From Octopus bimaculoides (lineage: Eukaryota), in NCBI RefSeq assembly GCF_001194135.2, contig NC_069000.1, positions 14,011,070 to 14,074,299 on the forward strand: a DNA stretch of 63,230 bases, in the 5' to 3' direction. Positions 13,247 through 27,087 of the stretch are shown here, piece after piece. Every line of letters starts with the position of its first letter. Positions within the stretch are counted from its first letter, which is position 1. Below the pieces are notes generated by a model. That model was not told where the DNA came from. It ran no database searches and saw nothing but the letters and a program-made list of their open reading frames with translations. The position numbers were made by a program, and so were the translations under genes.

Positions 13247-13548
13247 CTATTTTGCAACTCCAGCAGTTCTGCATTGATCTTTTCGATGTTGACATCACTC
13301 CATGGGATATCTTGATAACCAGTCACTGTATCAATGACATTAGTATAGAGTCCATAAAGCTTTTGAAGAAGTTTCAATTCTTTGTTGATCTGCATCAGTT
13401 CTGGACACTGGGTGACCGGAAGACCAAATAGTTCTTCACCTCTTGTGTAAGTTATATACTTACGGTACAAGTTATCAAAATGGTTCTGAAAAATTATTAG
13501 TCGATCAGCAGCGTCTCTAGGATCAATTCCTGCCACCATTGGTCCTGA
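13247..13548 (-). CDS. DNAH5: Dynein HC exon, 302 nt: [25 protein letters not shown]...[10 protein letters not shown]...[20 protein letters not shown]
   Basis: Acceptor ttttcag, donor GTCATT, phase 0-2; start of the DHC_N2 region. Confidence 0.96.
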
Positions 13549-14119
13549 CTGAAAATAAATACCAGGTACATTTGTGTCACAGTTTAATTATCTTATTTAC
13601 AATATACCACATTTTCTAGCATAAAAGTCAGTGTAGTACACAGTGTAAACATGTAGTGTAAAAATTCATCCCTCATCATTATTTTTCCAAATCTTGCTGC
13701 ATTTCACATACAATTTTTAGTCTCAGAAATTCAACTTGTGTGCCAGAAATTATGGACGCCACCATTCTCATACAAAACAATGAGAGAACAAAGAGCTTAG
13801 AGAAAGAAATTAGAACCAGTGATGAACCTCAGCATCAAGGAGGGAAAGAGAGAAAGAGAGCAAAGAGAGAAAGAGAACAAGAAGAGGAGAGCAAGGAAAG
13901 AAAGAAAGCAAGGAGAGAAAAAAGAAGTTTTTTTACATAACTGCATTGACATGCTGACTATATCAGCCAAATTTTTCCCACATTTTATATATCTTGCATA
14001 GTAATCCTTTCGTTCCCAGATTTATGACGAAATACACATTGTTTCAATTAATTTTGGAAATGATGAAGAATTTATTAAAATGATATTGTCATTATTAAAA
14101 TAGTCTTTGAAATATACAT

Positions 14120-15890
14120 TATCAGGAAATTTGGATTGAAGATTTTGAAATTAAATCATTTAAAACCAGAAATTTGATAGATATATTAACAGGAAATTTG
14201 GATAGAAGACTTTAAAATTAGATCGTTCAAAACCAGAAATTTCTTCAATCCAAATTTCCTGTTAATATATCTATCAAGTTTCTGGTTTAAAACGATCAAA
14301 TATTAAAATCTTCAAACCCAAATTTCCTGTTAATATATCTATCAAATTTCTGGTTTTAGACGATCTAATTTGAAAATCTTCAAACCCAAATTTCCTGTTA
14401 ATATATCTATGAAATTTTTGGTTTTAAACGATCTAATTTGAAAATCTTCAAACCCAAATTTCCTGTTAATATATCTATCAAATTTCTGGTTTTAGACGAT
14501 CCAATTTTAAAATCTTCAAACCTAAATTTCCTGTTAATATATCTATCAAATTTCTGGTTTTAAACGACCTAATTCTAAAGTCTTCAACCCAAATTTCCTG
14601 TTAAAATATCTATCAAATTTCTGGTTTTAGACGATCTAATTTTAAAATCTTCAAACCTAAATTTCCTGTTAACATATCTATCAAATTTCTGGTTTTAAAC
14701 GGTCTAATTTTCAAATCTTTAATCCAAATTTCCTGTTAATATATCTATCAAATTTCTGGTTTTAGACGATGTAATTTTCAAATTTTCAATCCAAATTTCT
14801 TGTTAATATATTTAGCAAATTTCTGGTTTTAAACGATCTAATTTTAAAGTCTTCATTTCAAATTTCCTGTTAATATATCTATCAAATTTTTGATTTTAAA
14901 CGATTTTGTAAGAGGAGAAATTGGTTGGCACTGGAAGGATGCCACACAATTCCTTACATAAATGTTAGAGGAAAATTATTGGAACAAGAAAACATCCGAA
15001 CATAAAAAACAATCCTTTCATTTTGTATGTCCAAAAATTTACACCTTGGGACAATAGGTAGCCAGGTCTGGTGTGGAAGCAGGAAAGCCAGAGTTAATCA
15101 TACTTTGTGAAGGCATTCTTACCAGAAGTCCAGAGCTGGTCAAATACCGGTCAGCAGCAGAGGCGAACGGAGAGCTGCTGAGGATACACCTGCATAGTAC
15201 AGCGGCTGCATCTCGAGTTTCAAATACAAGAGAACCTTGTTGCTACTAGCTTTCTGCGCATGCGCATCAGGGACCTTTCGGCAGGCCTTCCAGACGGTTC
15301 CAAACCTGCGCATGCGTGCTGGAGACCCTCAAGATGACGTCACTACAATCTAATTTGAAAATGTTCAATCCAAATTTCCTGTTAATATATCTATCAAATT
15401 TCTGATATATTAACGGGAAATTTGGATTGAAGATTTTAAAATTAAATCATTTAAAACCAGAAATTTCATAGATATATTAACAGGAAATTTGGATTGAATA
15501 CTTTAAAATTAGATCGTTCAAAACCAGAAATTTGATAGATATATTAACAGGAATATATCTATTAATATCTGTTAATATATCTATCAAACTTCTGGTTTTA
15601 AACGATCTAATTTTAAAGTCTTCAACCCAAATTTCCTGTTAATATATCTATCAAATTTCTGGTTTTAGACGATCTAATTTGAAAATCTTCAATTCAAATT
15701 TCCTGTTAATATATCTATCAAATTTCTGAAATATTAACGGGAAATTTGATAGATATATCAACAGGAAATTTGGATTGAAGATTTTATAATTAGGTCATTT
15801 AAAACCAGAAATTTGATAGATATAGTAACAGGAAATTTGGATTGAAGATTTGAAAATTAGATCGTTTAAAACCAGAAATTTGATAGATGT
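14120..15890. repeat. 68-bp tandem satellite with several orientation switches
   Basis: Unit ~AAATTTCCTGTTAATATATCTATCAAATTTCTGGTTTTAAACGATCTAATTTTAAAATCTTCAATCC starts at 14252, 14320, 14388 and 14456; reverse-oriented blocks occur at about 14120-14243, 15410-15555 and 15735-15890. Confidence 0.95.
14907..15347 (-). mobile_element. Solo LTR (441 bp), probably Gypsy-type
   Basis: A GC-richer insert with TGTA...TACA ends interrupts a satellite unit; flanks ATTT / ATCT form a 4-bp TSD with one mismatch. Confidence 0.75.
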
Positions 15891-16875
15891 ACCCAATGTT
15901 AGTTTTAGTCAGGTATCAAGAGAGTTAAAGTAGAGTTGAAGTGTTTTAAACTCTAGATTTATAATAAGAAACCCATAATAAGAACAGACATGGCTGTGTA
16001 GTAAGAAGCTTGCTTTCCAACCACATGGTTCCAGGTTCAGTCCCACTGTCTGATAACTTGGGCAAGTATCTTCTACTATAGCCTTCGGCTGACCAAAACC
16101 TTGTGAGTGGATTTGGTAGACAGAAACTGAAAGAAGCCTATCATATATATATATATATATATATAAATGATAGGCTTCTTACATATATATATATGTAAAT
16201 GTATCTATATGTGTTTGTGTTTGTCCCCCATCACCACTTGGCAACCAGTGTTGGTGTGTTTATGTCCCCAGAACTTAATGGTTCAGCAAAAAAGACTGAT
16301 AGAATAAGTAACAGGCTTAAAAAGGTAAGTCCTGGAGTCGATTTGTTTGACTAAAAGGTGATGCCCCAAGAAGGCCACAATCAAATGACTGAAGAACTAA
16401 AAGAATAAAGAATAATAAAGATAGGGTAGCTATGGTGGGGACACTGATCATTCCAACCAATGAGAGGATCCTCTGTGTAAATAGTAACCAAATTTCCCTT
16501 GAATCACATCCAACTATCTTAAAAAAATTAAGGACCCTGTAGTCTAAGATAGACCATTTATGAGTGAAAAAATGGGATGATCACAGCTGCAGTATCTTTG
16601 ATCATAGATCAATTGACTCAGGGCTGCCCTGGGGTTAAACAGCAACAATTATTGGAGTTGATTGTTTATCTAAAGTTGGTCCCCCACCATGGTTGCTGTC
16701 CAATGACTGAAACAATTAAAACATGAAACAAAACATGCTTCTTCCAATTTCCACTGACAGCTATAAAAAAGATAATTTATTTTTGCATTTATTCTCTTTA
16801 TATTTTCCTCGGTTTGTAATTTAGTTGATATAAAATCACTTTTGCTGTTAACATATATAAAGACATAAGCCTCAC

Positions 16876-17094
16876 CTTTGCATATTCCTCATAGAATTCT
16901 GTACAGTTGTTGTGGAAAATATTGACATTTGTGATGAGTTCATGACGGAACTCTGGTTGAATGGTCAACAGATGACTCCCAACTTCTGAAGCTTGGGCTT
17001 GAAGTTTTTCCCAAGAATAACGAAGGGTATCACAGGGGTCTGTTTCTTCTCTTCGTACTGGTAATTTATGTCTATTCAACATTGCATATGATTC
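16876..17094 (-). CDS. DNAH5: Dynein HC exon, 219 nt: ESYAMLNRH...DTLRYSWEKL...IQPEFRHELI...FYEEYAK
   Basis: Acceptor tctacag, donor GTGAGG, phase 0-0. Confidence 0.96.
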
Positions 17095-17122
17095 CTGTAG
17101 AGAAAAAAGAACTATACTAATG

Positions 17123-17216
<94 letters not shown>

Positions 17217-18043
17217 GTATATATACACACATACATACATGAATACACACACACACACTTATATATCACATATAAGTACATACAAACATACATATTTATA
17301 CATATGCAAAATAGCAAGATAAGAAAATGAGAACACAGGCGCATAATATACAGTTTATCATCATCGTTGTTTAACATCTGCTTTCCATGCTAGCATAGGT
17401 TGGACAGTTTGACATGGAACTGGCGAGTTGGTGGTCCAGCATGGCCACAGTCCAATGACTGAAACAAATAAAACTTGAGACAAGACATGATTCGTCCAGT
17501 TTCCACTGCTGACGTATGGTTTCTATGGCTGGATGTCCTTCTTAACACCAACCACTTTACAGAGTGTGCCACCAGCACACTCTGTTAAGTGCATTTTCAC
17601 AGCACTGGCATCTGAAAAGACAAGCCTGTTGGGATGGCGGGGGGGGGGGAATCTCAGCATCGTAATTTGAAGGATAACCTTTTGTCTTATTTAAATTTCT
17701 GGACATGATTGTCTCAAATCCTAGGACTGACCATGTCAGTTACCTAGTTTCTATGCCCTGTAAGTACCTGATAGCACAACATTATTGCTGAGCAGGATGC
17801 CAGTTCATTGCTGAGTAACTCATTTACAGCTGAGCGAACTGAACAATATGAAATAAAGTGTTTTGCTCCAGAACACAAAGCATTATCCTGGATAGAAATT
17901 GAAACTACAATCTTGAGAGCACAATGGCAACACCCTAATCCCTAGGCCACCATGCCTTCATAATTTACTTCTGGTTAACTGAAATTAATGATTACCAAGA
18001 ATTAACGGAAATTCACAATAACAAAATTTAGCCATTTACTTAC

Positions 18044-18279
18044 CTCAATTGGGCCAATACTCATTTCAATTTTGATCTCATTTTCCCTAATTTCTTTCAA
18101 TGCAGCCATAGCATGTCTTACATCATCCAGGTCTATTATTGGTCGATTTAGTCTCTTGTTAAGATCCTCAATAAAAGTAAAGTTTTCTTCCATATCAGTT
18201 CGGTATTTGATGTTGCAGGCCTTACCATAATGTTGCCGCCATGTTTTAGTTTCCGTAAGAAGACCAAATCGAAGTTTTT
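18044..18279 (-). CDS. DNAH5: Dynein HC exon, 236 nt: KLRFGLLTETKTW...LNRPIIDLDDVRHAMAALKEIRE...GPIE
   Basis: Acceptor tttatag, donor GTAAGT, phase 1-0. Confidence 0.96.
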
Positions 18280-19169
18280 CTATAAATAAACAAGCTCTGA
18301 GATAAGAACATGCATATTTTCTCGAAATCTTGTATCATTATACGTATTGTAATCTATCATATATTGTAGAAGTGCAGAAATCTTGAAATATTCTCTTGTG
18401 AATACTATAACACCATACGATTATAGTATTAATTATTCATAAGCGATCAAAGAAAATTATTTTATTACTGTCGTTGCAAAATTTTTCTATCTGATTAGTT
18501 TCTCTACAGACATATGTCACACATCCTAATAATTCATAATTTCCATGAATATTTGTTAAACATTCTGGTGAAAAATACCCTACTAAGACAAAGTGTGCTG
18601 TACATTGTAAAGTACATATGTGCCATATAACCAACTATATACGTACATATAATTATATCTGTCTATCTAGGTTTCATACAAAGTAGGGTCCACAGATGAA
18701 AAAGTATAATCAGGGGTATCTATTTACTTTTGAGATGTTTGTGTATAAAGGGTAAAAGAGTACAGAGCCCCTTTGGTCGTAAATGACTATGGGATTGCAC
18801 CTAGAAAGTTACCCTCTGAGGCACAAGGTTGTTTATGGAAGGCCAGCAGTTGCCCATGCATACCAGCTTCCTTTCTCCACGTCAGAGATGTTATCCAAGG
18901 GAAAGGCAAAGGGGCCAATACAGCTTGGCACCATTGACATTGCAACTCATTTTTACAGTTGAGTGAACTGGAGTAACATGAAATAAAGTGTTTTGCTCAA
19001 CAACACAACACTCAGCCTGGTCTGGGAATCGAATTCACTCCCTCATGATTGTGAACCCAATGCTCTAACCACTGAGCCATGTTTATGTATAATGTATAAT
19101 GAAATGTTATTAAATTCAAGGAACAATTAAGATTAATTAAAATAGCTATCAGAAATAAGAGCTTTCTAC

Positions 19170-19371
19170 CTGTATATATTGCAATTGATCCCACGTCAAA
19201 ATATTCAGGTTCTTGGTGGATTTTGTTCTCAAGTTGTTCATAGTAAATAATATTTGATTCAAAGTCAGAGAGACTTGGGTCTTCTTGAAGAAATCTTTCT
19301 AAGCTTTTATTTCGATCAACATCCCAAAGTATGTGATAATGGGAGAATTCTTTCAAAGAATTTGCTACTTC
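19170..19371 (-). CDS. DNAH5: Dynein HC exon, 202 nt: EVANSLKEFSHYHILW...PSLSDFESNI...EPEYFDVGSIAIYT
   Basis: Acceptor ttttag, donor GTAGAA, phase 0-1. Confidence 0.95.
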
Positions 19372-22283
19372 CTAAAAGTATTAAAACAAAATACAATTAT
19401 TATAAATGACGACCAAACCGACTGTTACGAGATAGATTCAATCGATCATTTCTTTCCTTCTTAAGTCAGAAACCAATTATTCTGAAGAACAAATGAATAC
19501 ATTGATAAATAAATAAATAAAACAAATAAATAAATAAATGGCAGAATTGATAGAGACTAAGCTGTATTTAATTAATTCTTTTGTCTTTTATCTTGTGTCA
19601 TTAGACTGAAGCCATGCTGGAGCACTGAGTTGAAGGATTTTACTCAAGCGAATTGTACATATATTTTTCCCCACCATAATGCCTGGTACTTATTCTGTCA
19701 GTCTCTTTTGCCAAACCACTAAATTACAGGGACTTAAATACACCAATACCAGTTGTCAAGCAGTGATGGGGAACAAACACACACACATAAATGGTGCTCC
19801 AGCATGACCACAGTCCACATAATGAAACCAATAGAATGATAAAAGGATATATATGTGCGTGTGTGTGTGTATATGCGTTTTGCTCCATTTATTATTATTT
19901 TTTATATCAACTCAAAATACATCACTTTAACATGGAATTTCTACCCCTTAACCGGGTATAATATCCCAGTTTTTGTGTGATTTTTGCTACTCTGGTAACT
20001 ATTAACATATTTGCATTATCAAAGTTTTTCAACCAAGATAATATTAATATATATATATATATATATATATATANNNNNNNNNNNNNNNNNNNNNNNNNNN
20101 NNNNNNNNNNNNNNNNNNNNNNNNNNNNNNNNNNNNNNNNNNNNNNNNNNNNNNNNNNNNNNNNNNNNNNNNNNNNNNNNNNNNNNNNNNNNNNNNNNNN
20201 NNNNNNNNNNNNNNNNNNNNNNNNNNNNNNNNNNNNNNNNNNNNNNNNNNNNNNNNNNNNNNNNNNNNNNNNNNNNNNNNNNNNNNNNNNNNNNNNNNNN
20301 NNNNNNNNNNNNNNNNNNNNNNNNNNNNNNNNNNNNNNNNNNNNNNNNNNNNNNNNNNNNNNNNNNNNNNNNNNNNNNNNNNNNNNNNNNNNNNNNNNNN
20401 NNNNNNNNNNNNNNNNNNNNNNNNNNNNNNNNNNNNNNNNNNNNNNNNNNNNNNNNNNNNNNNNNNNNNNNNNNNNNNNNNNNNNNNNNNNNNNNNNNNN
20501 NNNNNNNNNNNNNNNNNNNNNNNNNNNNNNNNNNNNNNNNNNNNNNNNNNNNNNNNNNNNNNNNNNNNNNNNNNNNNNNNNNNNNNNNNNNNNNNNNNNN
20601 NNNNNNNNNNNNNNNNNNNNNNNNNNNNNNNNNNNNNNNNNNNNNNNNNNNNNNNNNNNNNNNNNNNNNNNNNNNNNNNNNNNNNNNNNNNNNNNNNNNN
20701 NNNNNNNNNNNNNNNNNNNNNNNNNNNNNNNNNNNNNNNNNNNNNNNNNNNNNNNNNNNNNNNNNNNNNNNNNNNNNNNNNNNNNNNNNNNNNNNNNNNN
20801 NNNNNNNNNNNNNNNNNNNNNNNNNNNNNNNNNNNNNNNNNNCCTTTCTATTTGAAAATTAGTTATGAAACACATGTAATCTTTTTATTATATTTATCTT
20901 ATGATATTTACTTTACTTTATATTATACTCATTTATTGTGCTTTTAATTATTAATTTTTCTATATGTGATAGTGGATTTTCATCGATGAGTTTTTGAAAC
21001 TTAGTTATTTTCCCTAAAACTATATATTTTATATATATTTTATCTATAAAGCTCAATTTAATTTTAATTTTTTATAAATTGATTTTAATTGAGTTTTTAC
21101 CTGTAATTTTGGATTTTGTCCCTAATATTATTATATATATATATATATATATACATACATACACATATATATACAATATATATATAACGAGTATAATTAT
21201 TAATGTGTGCATTTGTATGTCTTTGAGTTGATTTAAACATAAGAATGTGTACTTAGCAAGTTTGTTATCTTGTTTTTCTTTCTCTTGGCTGGAGCCACAC
21301 AGCAATTGGCGAATATTTAAATTATATCAGAGTATAAAGTGACTTCTTATTTAGACACAGAACCAGCTCTTGTAGGAGCGGTAGCATGAAATCGATGGTA
21401 TATTTGTGTCACACAGTAACTCCCACTCATAGTTTTATTTTATTCTTTTTATCTCCAAAAAAATTCCTTCGGATTGATGTTTGCAACAAAAGAGGTTACA
21501 ATTTTGCAAAAAAAAAATGAAAAAAAAAGCTGCATTTCTAAATTTTAATTCCCTCCATCCCATTCCCTACCAATTTTTCTCTTTATTTTTTATTTTATTT
21601 ATTTTTTAATTATCTATTTATTTATTTTTACATTTTTGAAAAGTCTTTCAGAATTTCATGCTTAAAAGATTATAATTCTAGAAAAGAAAGTTTTTCAAAG
21701 ATACAGTCTTTTTCAAATCATCCTCCCTCCCAGCTTTCAAAAAGATTTTCAAACTCACCTGCTACTTTATACATGCATGGATATATGTTGAACAATAACT
21801 TACAGGAATTGAACTCATTACCTCAAGATTGTGAGCCCAATACTTTAAACACTGAGCCAATTTGTGATCATTAAGAATGGGTGATGAGCTGGCAGAATCG
21901 TTAGCATGCTGGGCAAAATGCTCTATGGCATTTTTTCTAGATCCTTACATTCTGAGTTCAAATCCTGTTAAGTCAAGCTTTGCCTTTTATTTTTTTTTTT
22001 TTTTCAGGGTCAATAAAATAAAGGACCAGACAAGTACTGGGGGTTGACATAATCAACTTGCATCCATCTCACAAAATTGCTGGCCTTGTGTCTAAACCAG
22101 AAACTATTATATATGGATAGTATTTGGAACAGATTAATATGACATTTTGACGGCAGACTTTAATTCAGATTGCTTTAAAATAGGGAGTTTGTATCAGTAG
22201 AACTAAGGACCGTCTACAAAAGAGTTGGTAACAAAAGGGTCAATATCATCATCATCATCATCGCCGCCGCCACCACCACCACC

Positions 22284-22314
<31 letters not shown>

Positions 22315-22695
22315 CCACTACCCAGTAACACTAATGTCTTTACTCAGCGTCCATTCAACACCAACACCAACTCAATGACTAACAGGCTGCTATACTATTA
22401 CTCTTATCACCACTGGCGAATCCATTGTACAATTACTCCAACACTATAATGTTGTGGAAAAATCAGCAGCAGCAACAACACTAACAGTAGCAGCAGTAAT
22501 ATCATCTGCTATTACAGCTATAATTATCACCTACAACTGTAATTATCCTCCTCACCACCACCACCAGCATTGACACAAGCAGTATCAGCCCGGTCTTTGT
22601 TACCACGAGTGACACAGTCACCAATATATTCACTTCCTCACTGTCTGAATGTATATCAAAACTGACTAACATCTTCAGCTTCAGCCATTCCTCTT

Positions 22696-22751
<56 letters not shown>

Positions 22752-23807
22752 CATACATACTGGTGAACCAGATGATTGGAGCCTGGTGTAGCCATCTGGT
22801 TCACCAGTCCTCAGTCAAATCGTCCAACCCATGCTAGCATGGAAAGCGAACGTTAAACGATGATGAANNNNNNNNNNNNNNNNNNNNNNNNNNNNNNNNN
22901 NNNNNNNNNNNNNNNNNNNNNNNNNNNNNNNNNNNNNNNNNNNNNNNNNNNNNNNNNNNNNNNNNNNNNNNNNNNNNNNNNNNNNNNNNNNNNNNNNNNN
23001 NNNNNNNNNNNNNNNNNNNNNNNNNNNNNNNNNNNNNNNNNNNNNNNNNNNNNNNNNNNNNNNNNNNNNNNNNNNNNNNNNNNNNNNNNNNNNNNNNNNN
23101 NNNNNNNNNNNNNNNNNNNNNNNNNNNNNNNNNNNNNNNNNNNNNNNNNNNNNNNNNNNNNNNNNNNNNNNNNNNNNNNNNNNNNNNNNNNNNNNNNNNN
23201 NNNNNNNNNNNNNNNNNNNNNNNNNNNNNNNNNNNNNNNNNNNNNNNNNNNNNNNNNNNNNNNNNNNNNNNNNNNNNNNNNNNNNNNNNNNNNNNNNNNN
23301 NNNNNNNNNNNNNNNNNNNNNNNNNNNNNNNNNNNNNNNNNNNNNNNNNNNNNNNNNNNNNNNNNNNNNNNNNNNNNNNNNNNNNNNNNNNNNNNNNNNN
23401 NNNNNNNNNNNNNNNNNNNNNNNNNNNNNNNNNNNNNNNNNNNNNNNNNNNNNNNNNNNNNNNNNNNNNNNNNNNNNNNNNNNNNNNNNNNNNNNNNNNN
23501 NNNNNNNNNNNNNNNNNNNNNNNNNNNNNNNNNNNNNNNNNNNNNNNNNNNNNNNNNNNNNNNNNNNNNNNNNNNNNNNNNNNNNNNNNNNNNNNNNNNN
23601 NNNNNNNNNNNNNNNNNNNNNNNNNNNNNNNNNNNNNNNNNNNNNNNNNNNNNNNNNNNNNNNNNNNNNNNNNNNNNNNNNNNNNNNNNNNNNNNNNNNN
23701 NNNNNNNNNNNNNNNNNNNNNNNNNNNNNNNNNNNNNNNNNNNNNNNNNNNNNNNNNNNNNNNNNNNNNNNNNNNNNNNNNNNNNNNNNNNNNNNNNNNN
23801 NNNNNCC

Positions 23808-24085
23808 TCCATTCTCACCACATGTCCATACCAGCGCAATCGTCTCTCTTGCACGCCACAACTGATGCTTCTAATGTTCAGCTTTTCTCTCAAGATACTT
23901 ACACTCTGACGGGTATTCACATTGACATTACACATCCAACGGAGCATACTGGCTTCATTCCTTGCGAGCTTACGTATGTCCTCAGCAGTTACAGCCCATG
24001 TTTCACTGCCATGTAGCATGGTTGTTCGTACGCATGCGTCATACAGTCTGCCTTTTACTCTGAGTGAGAGTCCCTTTGTCGCCAA
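23808..24085 (-). mobile_element. RTE-clade LINE, RT C-terminal fragment running into a gap
   Basis: KGRLYDACVRTTMLHGSETWAVT...MLRWMC...ERRLRWYGHVVRM. Confidence 0.9.
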
Positions 24086-24564
24086 AAAACATACACACAC
24101 ATGTGTATAGAAGACAGGCTTCCACACAGTGTCCATCAACTAAATCGTTCAATAAACATTAGTCAGCCAAGAACTATAGTAGAAGACACATGCCCAAGGT
24201 GTCACACAGTGGGACTGAATTTAAAATCATGTGATTACAAACAAGTTCCTTAACCACACCCCAAGGCCTGAGACTTTTGCATAAAAAATAACAGATGATC
24301 CACTTGATATTTGCAGCTCTTGGGTGGACTGTGGTAATTTGGAATAAAATGATCGTCCTTCAAATGTCATTTTAGTAACAAACTGATATAGTAGAAATAA
24401 GAGATTCTTAATTGCACTCACAATATTCATGGATTTCACATCACACTTTTAAATAAGTCATAGTCATTATGTGACTAACCTTATCATTGCGCAACTGAGA
24501 TGAAGTGGCTGTGTGGTATGCATGGAAGTCACTTCTATAGCTAGCTTAGGTCTAATGCTTGGTA

Positions 24565-24870
24565 CAAAGGCCACCCACTGCTTTGTTATAAGGAAACTCT
24601 AAAGACCTACTAGAAAACTTGAGGTTAAATCTGAAGACATGGGAATTGGTAGCACCAAATAGAGCTCAGTGGAGAAGCTTTTGCTACCAAGCAATTTTCA
24701 ACTTTCAGGCTGCTAACACTATGAAAGAGGAAAACGCTTGGCATAATAGAGCCAGGTCTAATCTACCACCAAATAATGGAAACCACTACTGCATTATCCA
24801 CAACTGGATCTGCAAATCCTGAATTTTCACATGAGATGACATAATGAAACATTGCACAAAGAACTCTGTA
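24565..24870 (+). mobile_element. Degenerate RTE LINE 3' ORF end
   Basis: TWELVAPNRAQWRS...NGNHYCIIHNWICKS resembles the RTE/BovB C-terminus with a decayed zinc knuckle. Confidence 0.7.
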
Positions 24871-25744
24871 CAGCCGTTTCCTGTTGAACTATCATTCATT
24901 GAAGCAACAAAGGAGTCCAACAACTACCATCTTTATAATAAAGAAAGACTTTTTAAATCTATTGTAAGTGTTTAATTATTAACCAAAGCAATATATTCTA
25001 ATTAGCCCCATTCCAGGTAGCTGTCAAAAATAGCTTTTGTATTGTTATTTATCAGTTATTTGTCTATTGCTTTCATGTCTATATCATCCTGCTTGTTCAC
25101 TTACTGCATCTATTATGCAATGAGAATAAAACAATATTAGTCAATGACTAATACTAATTTAATTGGTCTATACACGCGCCTTTGATAATGATGTTAAATA
25201 TGTTCTTCCTAATTAAAAACAGTAATGGGAAAAATAGAGAAAATATAGGGCAATATAGTGAAAATATAGGAAATTGTGGGTTTTTTTTTTCTATATATGT
25301 AGTGAACTTAGCATTGAACAATCTTGTCAAAACATTTTTGGGGTTCAATATTTGCTTCAACACGCATACACACACATACCCACACCCACACATCCCTCTC
25401 ATAAAGCGAAATGATAGACATCAGACCATGCCATAAATTGGAACTAATAATATATTACAAAAATGTTGAATCAAAAACTGCCTTATCCACAATACACCAC
25501 TAGTATACACATCTGAAAACAAACTATAATTGATCAGCATAATTTGTAAATTTGACTGTAAAAATGAAAGTAGGAAAATTTTATGATTGTAGCTGTTACA
25601 TAGGCCAGAAAAGTACAATACTTTCTCATAGGCTAACTATGCATTTGCAACAAGGTACAGTTGCAACATACTACACCACACACCATAAAACGAAGCTAGA
25701 TAAAAAAAATATTAATACAACCATCCATCCATTTTCATCACCCA

Positions 25745-26230
25745 CTATTCCTTGAAGGGTTGTGGAGGTAGAGTTCTCAGGAACCTCCTCTTTAGACTCG
25801 TAGCACAAGCAGTCATCATTACACTTTCCTGCCGGATTTCCAAGTGTAACCATCTATGACTATGGAGATCATTCAACCATCTTGCTTTTGGTCTACCTCC
25901 AGATCGCCTGCTGTTTGGCTTGGCTTGAAGAATTTGTCTCCCAATCAATTTCTGTGGCATTCTATCCATGTGTCCACAGTGCCAGAGCTCTATGATCTCT
26001 TAATGCTGAGAAGTAACCATTGAAGAGACTTCCTACTGTCTGTGCAATGCACCCTGTTGAATAATGTTATTCCAGAGATCCTTCAAAGGAACCCTATTTC
26101 AACCACTTATATGCAAGATTGTACTCTTTCTGTCATTATACAACATTCATGACCATAGTTAAGGATAGACACTAAAATGTACTATGTAGAATTCTCCACC
26201 AGAATAGACGATTAATTATCAAAGCTATAC
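25745..26230 (-). mobile_element. Degenerate RTE LINE, RT C-terminal fragment
   Basis: Frameshifted SILNYGHEC.IMTERV...GFL.RISGITLFNRV... followed by DRMPQKLIGRQILQAKP..RRSGGRPKARWL. Confidence 0.8.
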
Positions 26231-27087
26231 TCATCTGACTGCACAAAGATAAAATTAACACACAAAATGCATACATACATCACAATCAGGATAAGCATGT
26301 AATTCAAATGGTTAAATTAAATGTTTGATGGTGTGAGGCTCTAACAGTCAAATTCTGCATAACTAAAAGTCACTCACTTGCAAATAAATAGTATAGAAGC
26401 TCGTACCACCCATCATTTTGATGATGAGTCACAAAGACTGTAAACACTGATAAAAATTAGGAGGGTTATCGATCCAAACAAATGGCAAGGGTTTTTTTTT
26501 TACGAAGATATGAAAAAACTCACTAAGAGTAGATTAAACTGGAACATTGTCATGTTTTCAATATAACACATCTAAAAGAAACCAGTTGAGACTGTTAGTT
26601 ATATGAATACATTTTTGAACCGTCTGAACAACATAAAAAATTGGTTAAAAATATCCCATTGAGATTATCTCAATTGTCAATTAACGAGCACATTTGAAAA
26701 CTTGCTCAACCTATTACAATGATGCATTGATACATAATCATTTTAAGGAAATGGATTTTATCAACAACTAGGGTAGAGTTAGGAAGAAGAGATCAAGATA
26801 TATAACTTGGTATAACCCATCATGTAATCATGAAGTGCCTAATTAACAAAATAGTACAGAAGATGAAAGATATGGACACAGATGCGAAAGCCAAAGAAAA
26901 AAGAAAGCAATGCTCTCTGTGACATTTATTCTGCACCAAGTTGAAACATTCTCCTGTTAAATTTACCCTCAAAAATTGCTGTTATAAGTGACTGGCTATA
27001 GTTTATTAAGATATAAAATGAATATTGTAATTGAATTTCTCTCTCTCTCTGTCTCCCTCTCTCTCTTTCATAAAAATCAAGATTTAC

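Noticed and set aside
14244-14905. Regular repeat array superficially like CRISPR
   Set aside because: Contiguous 68-bp units with no unique spacers, eukaryotic context and no cas genes.
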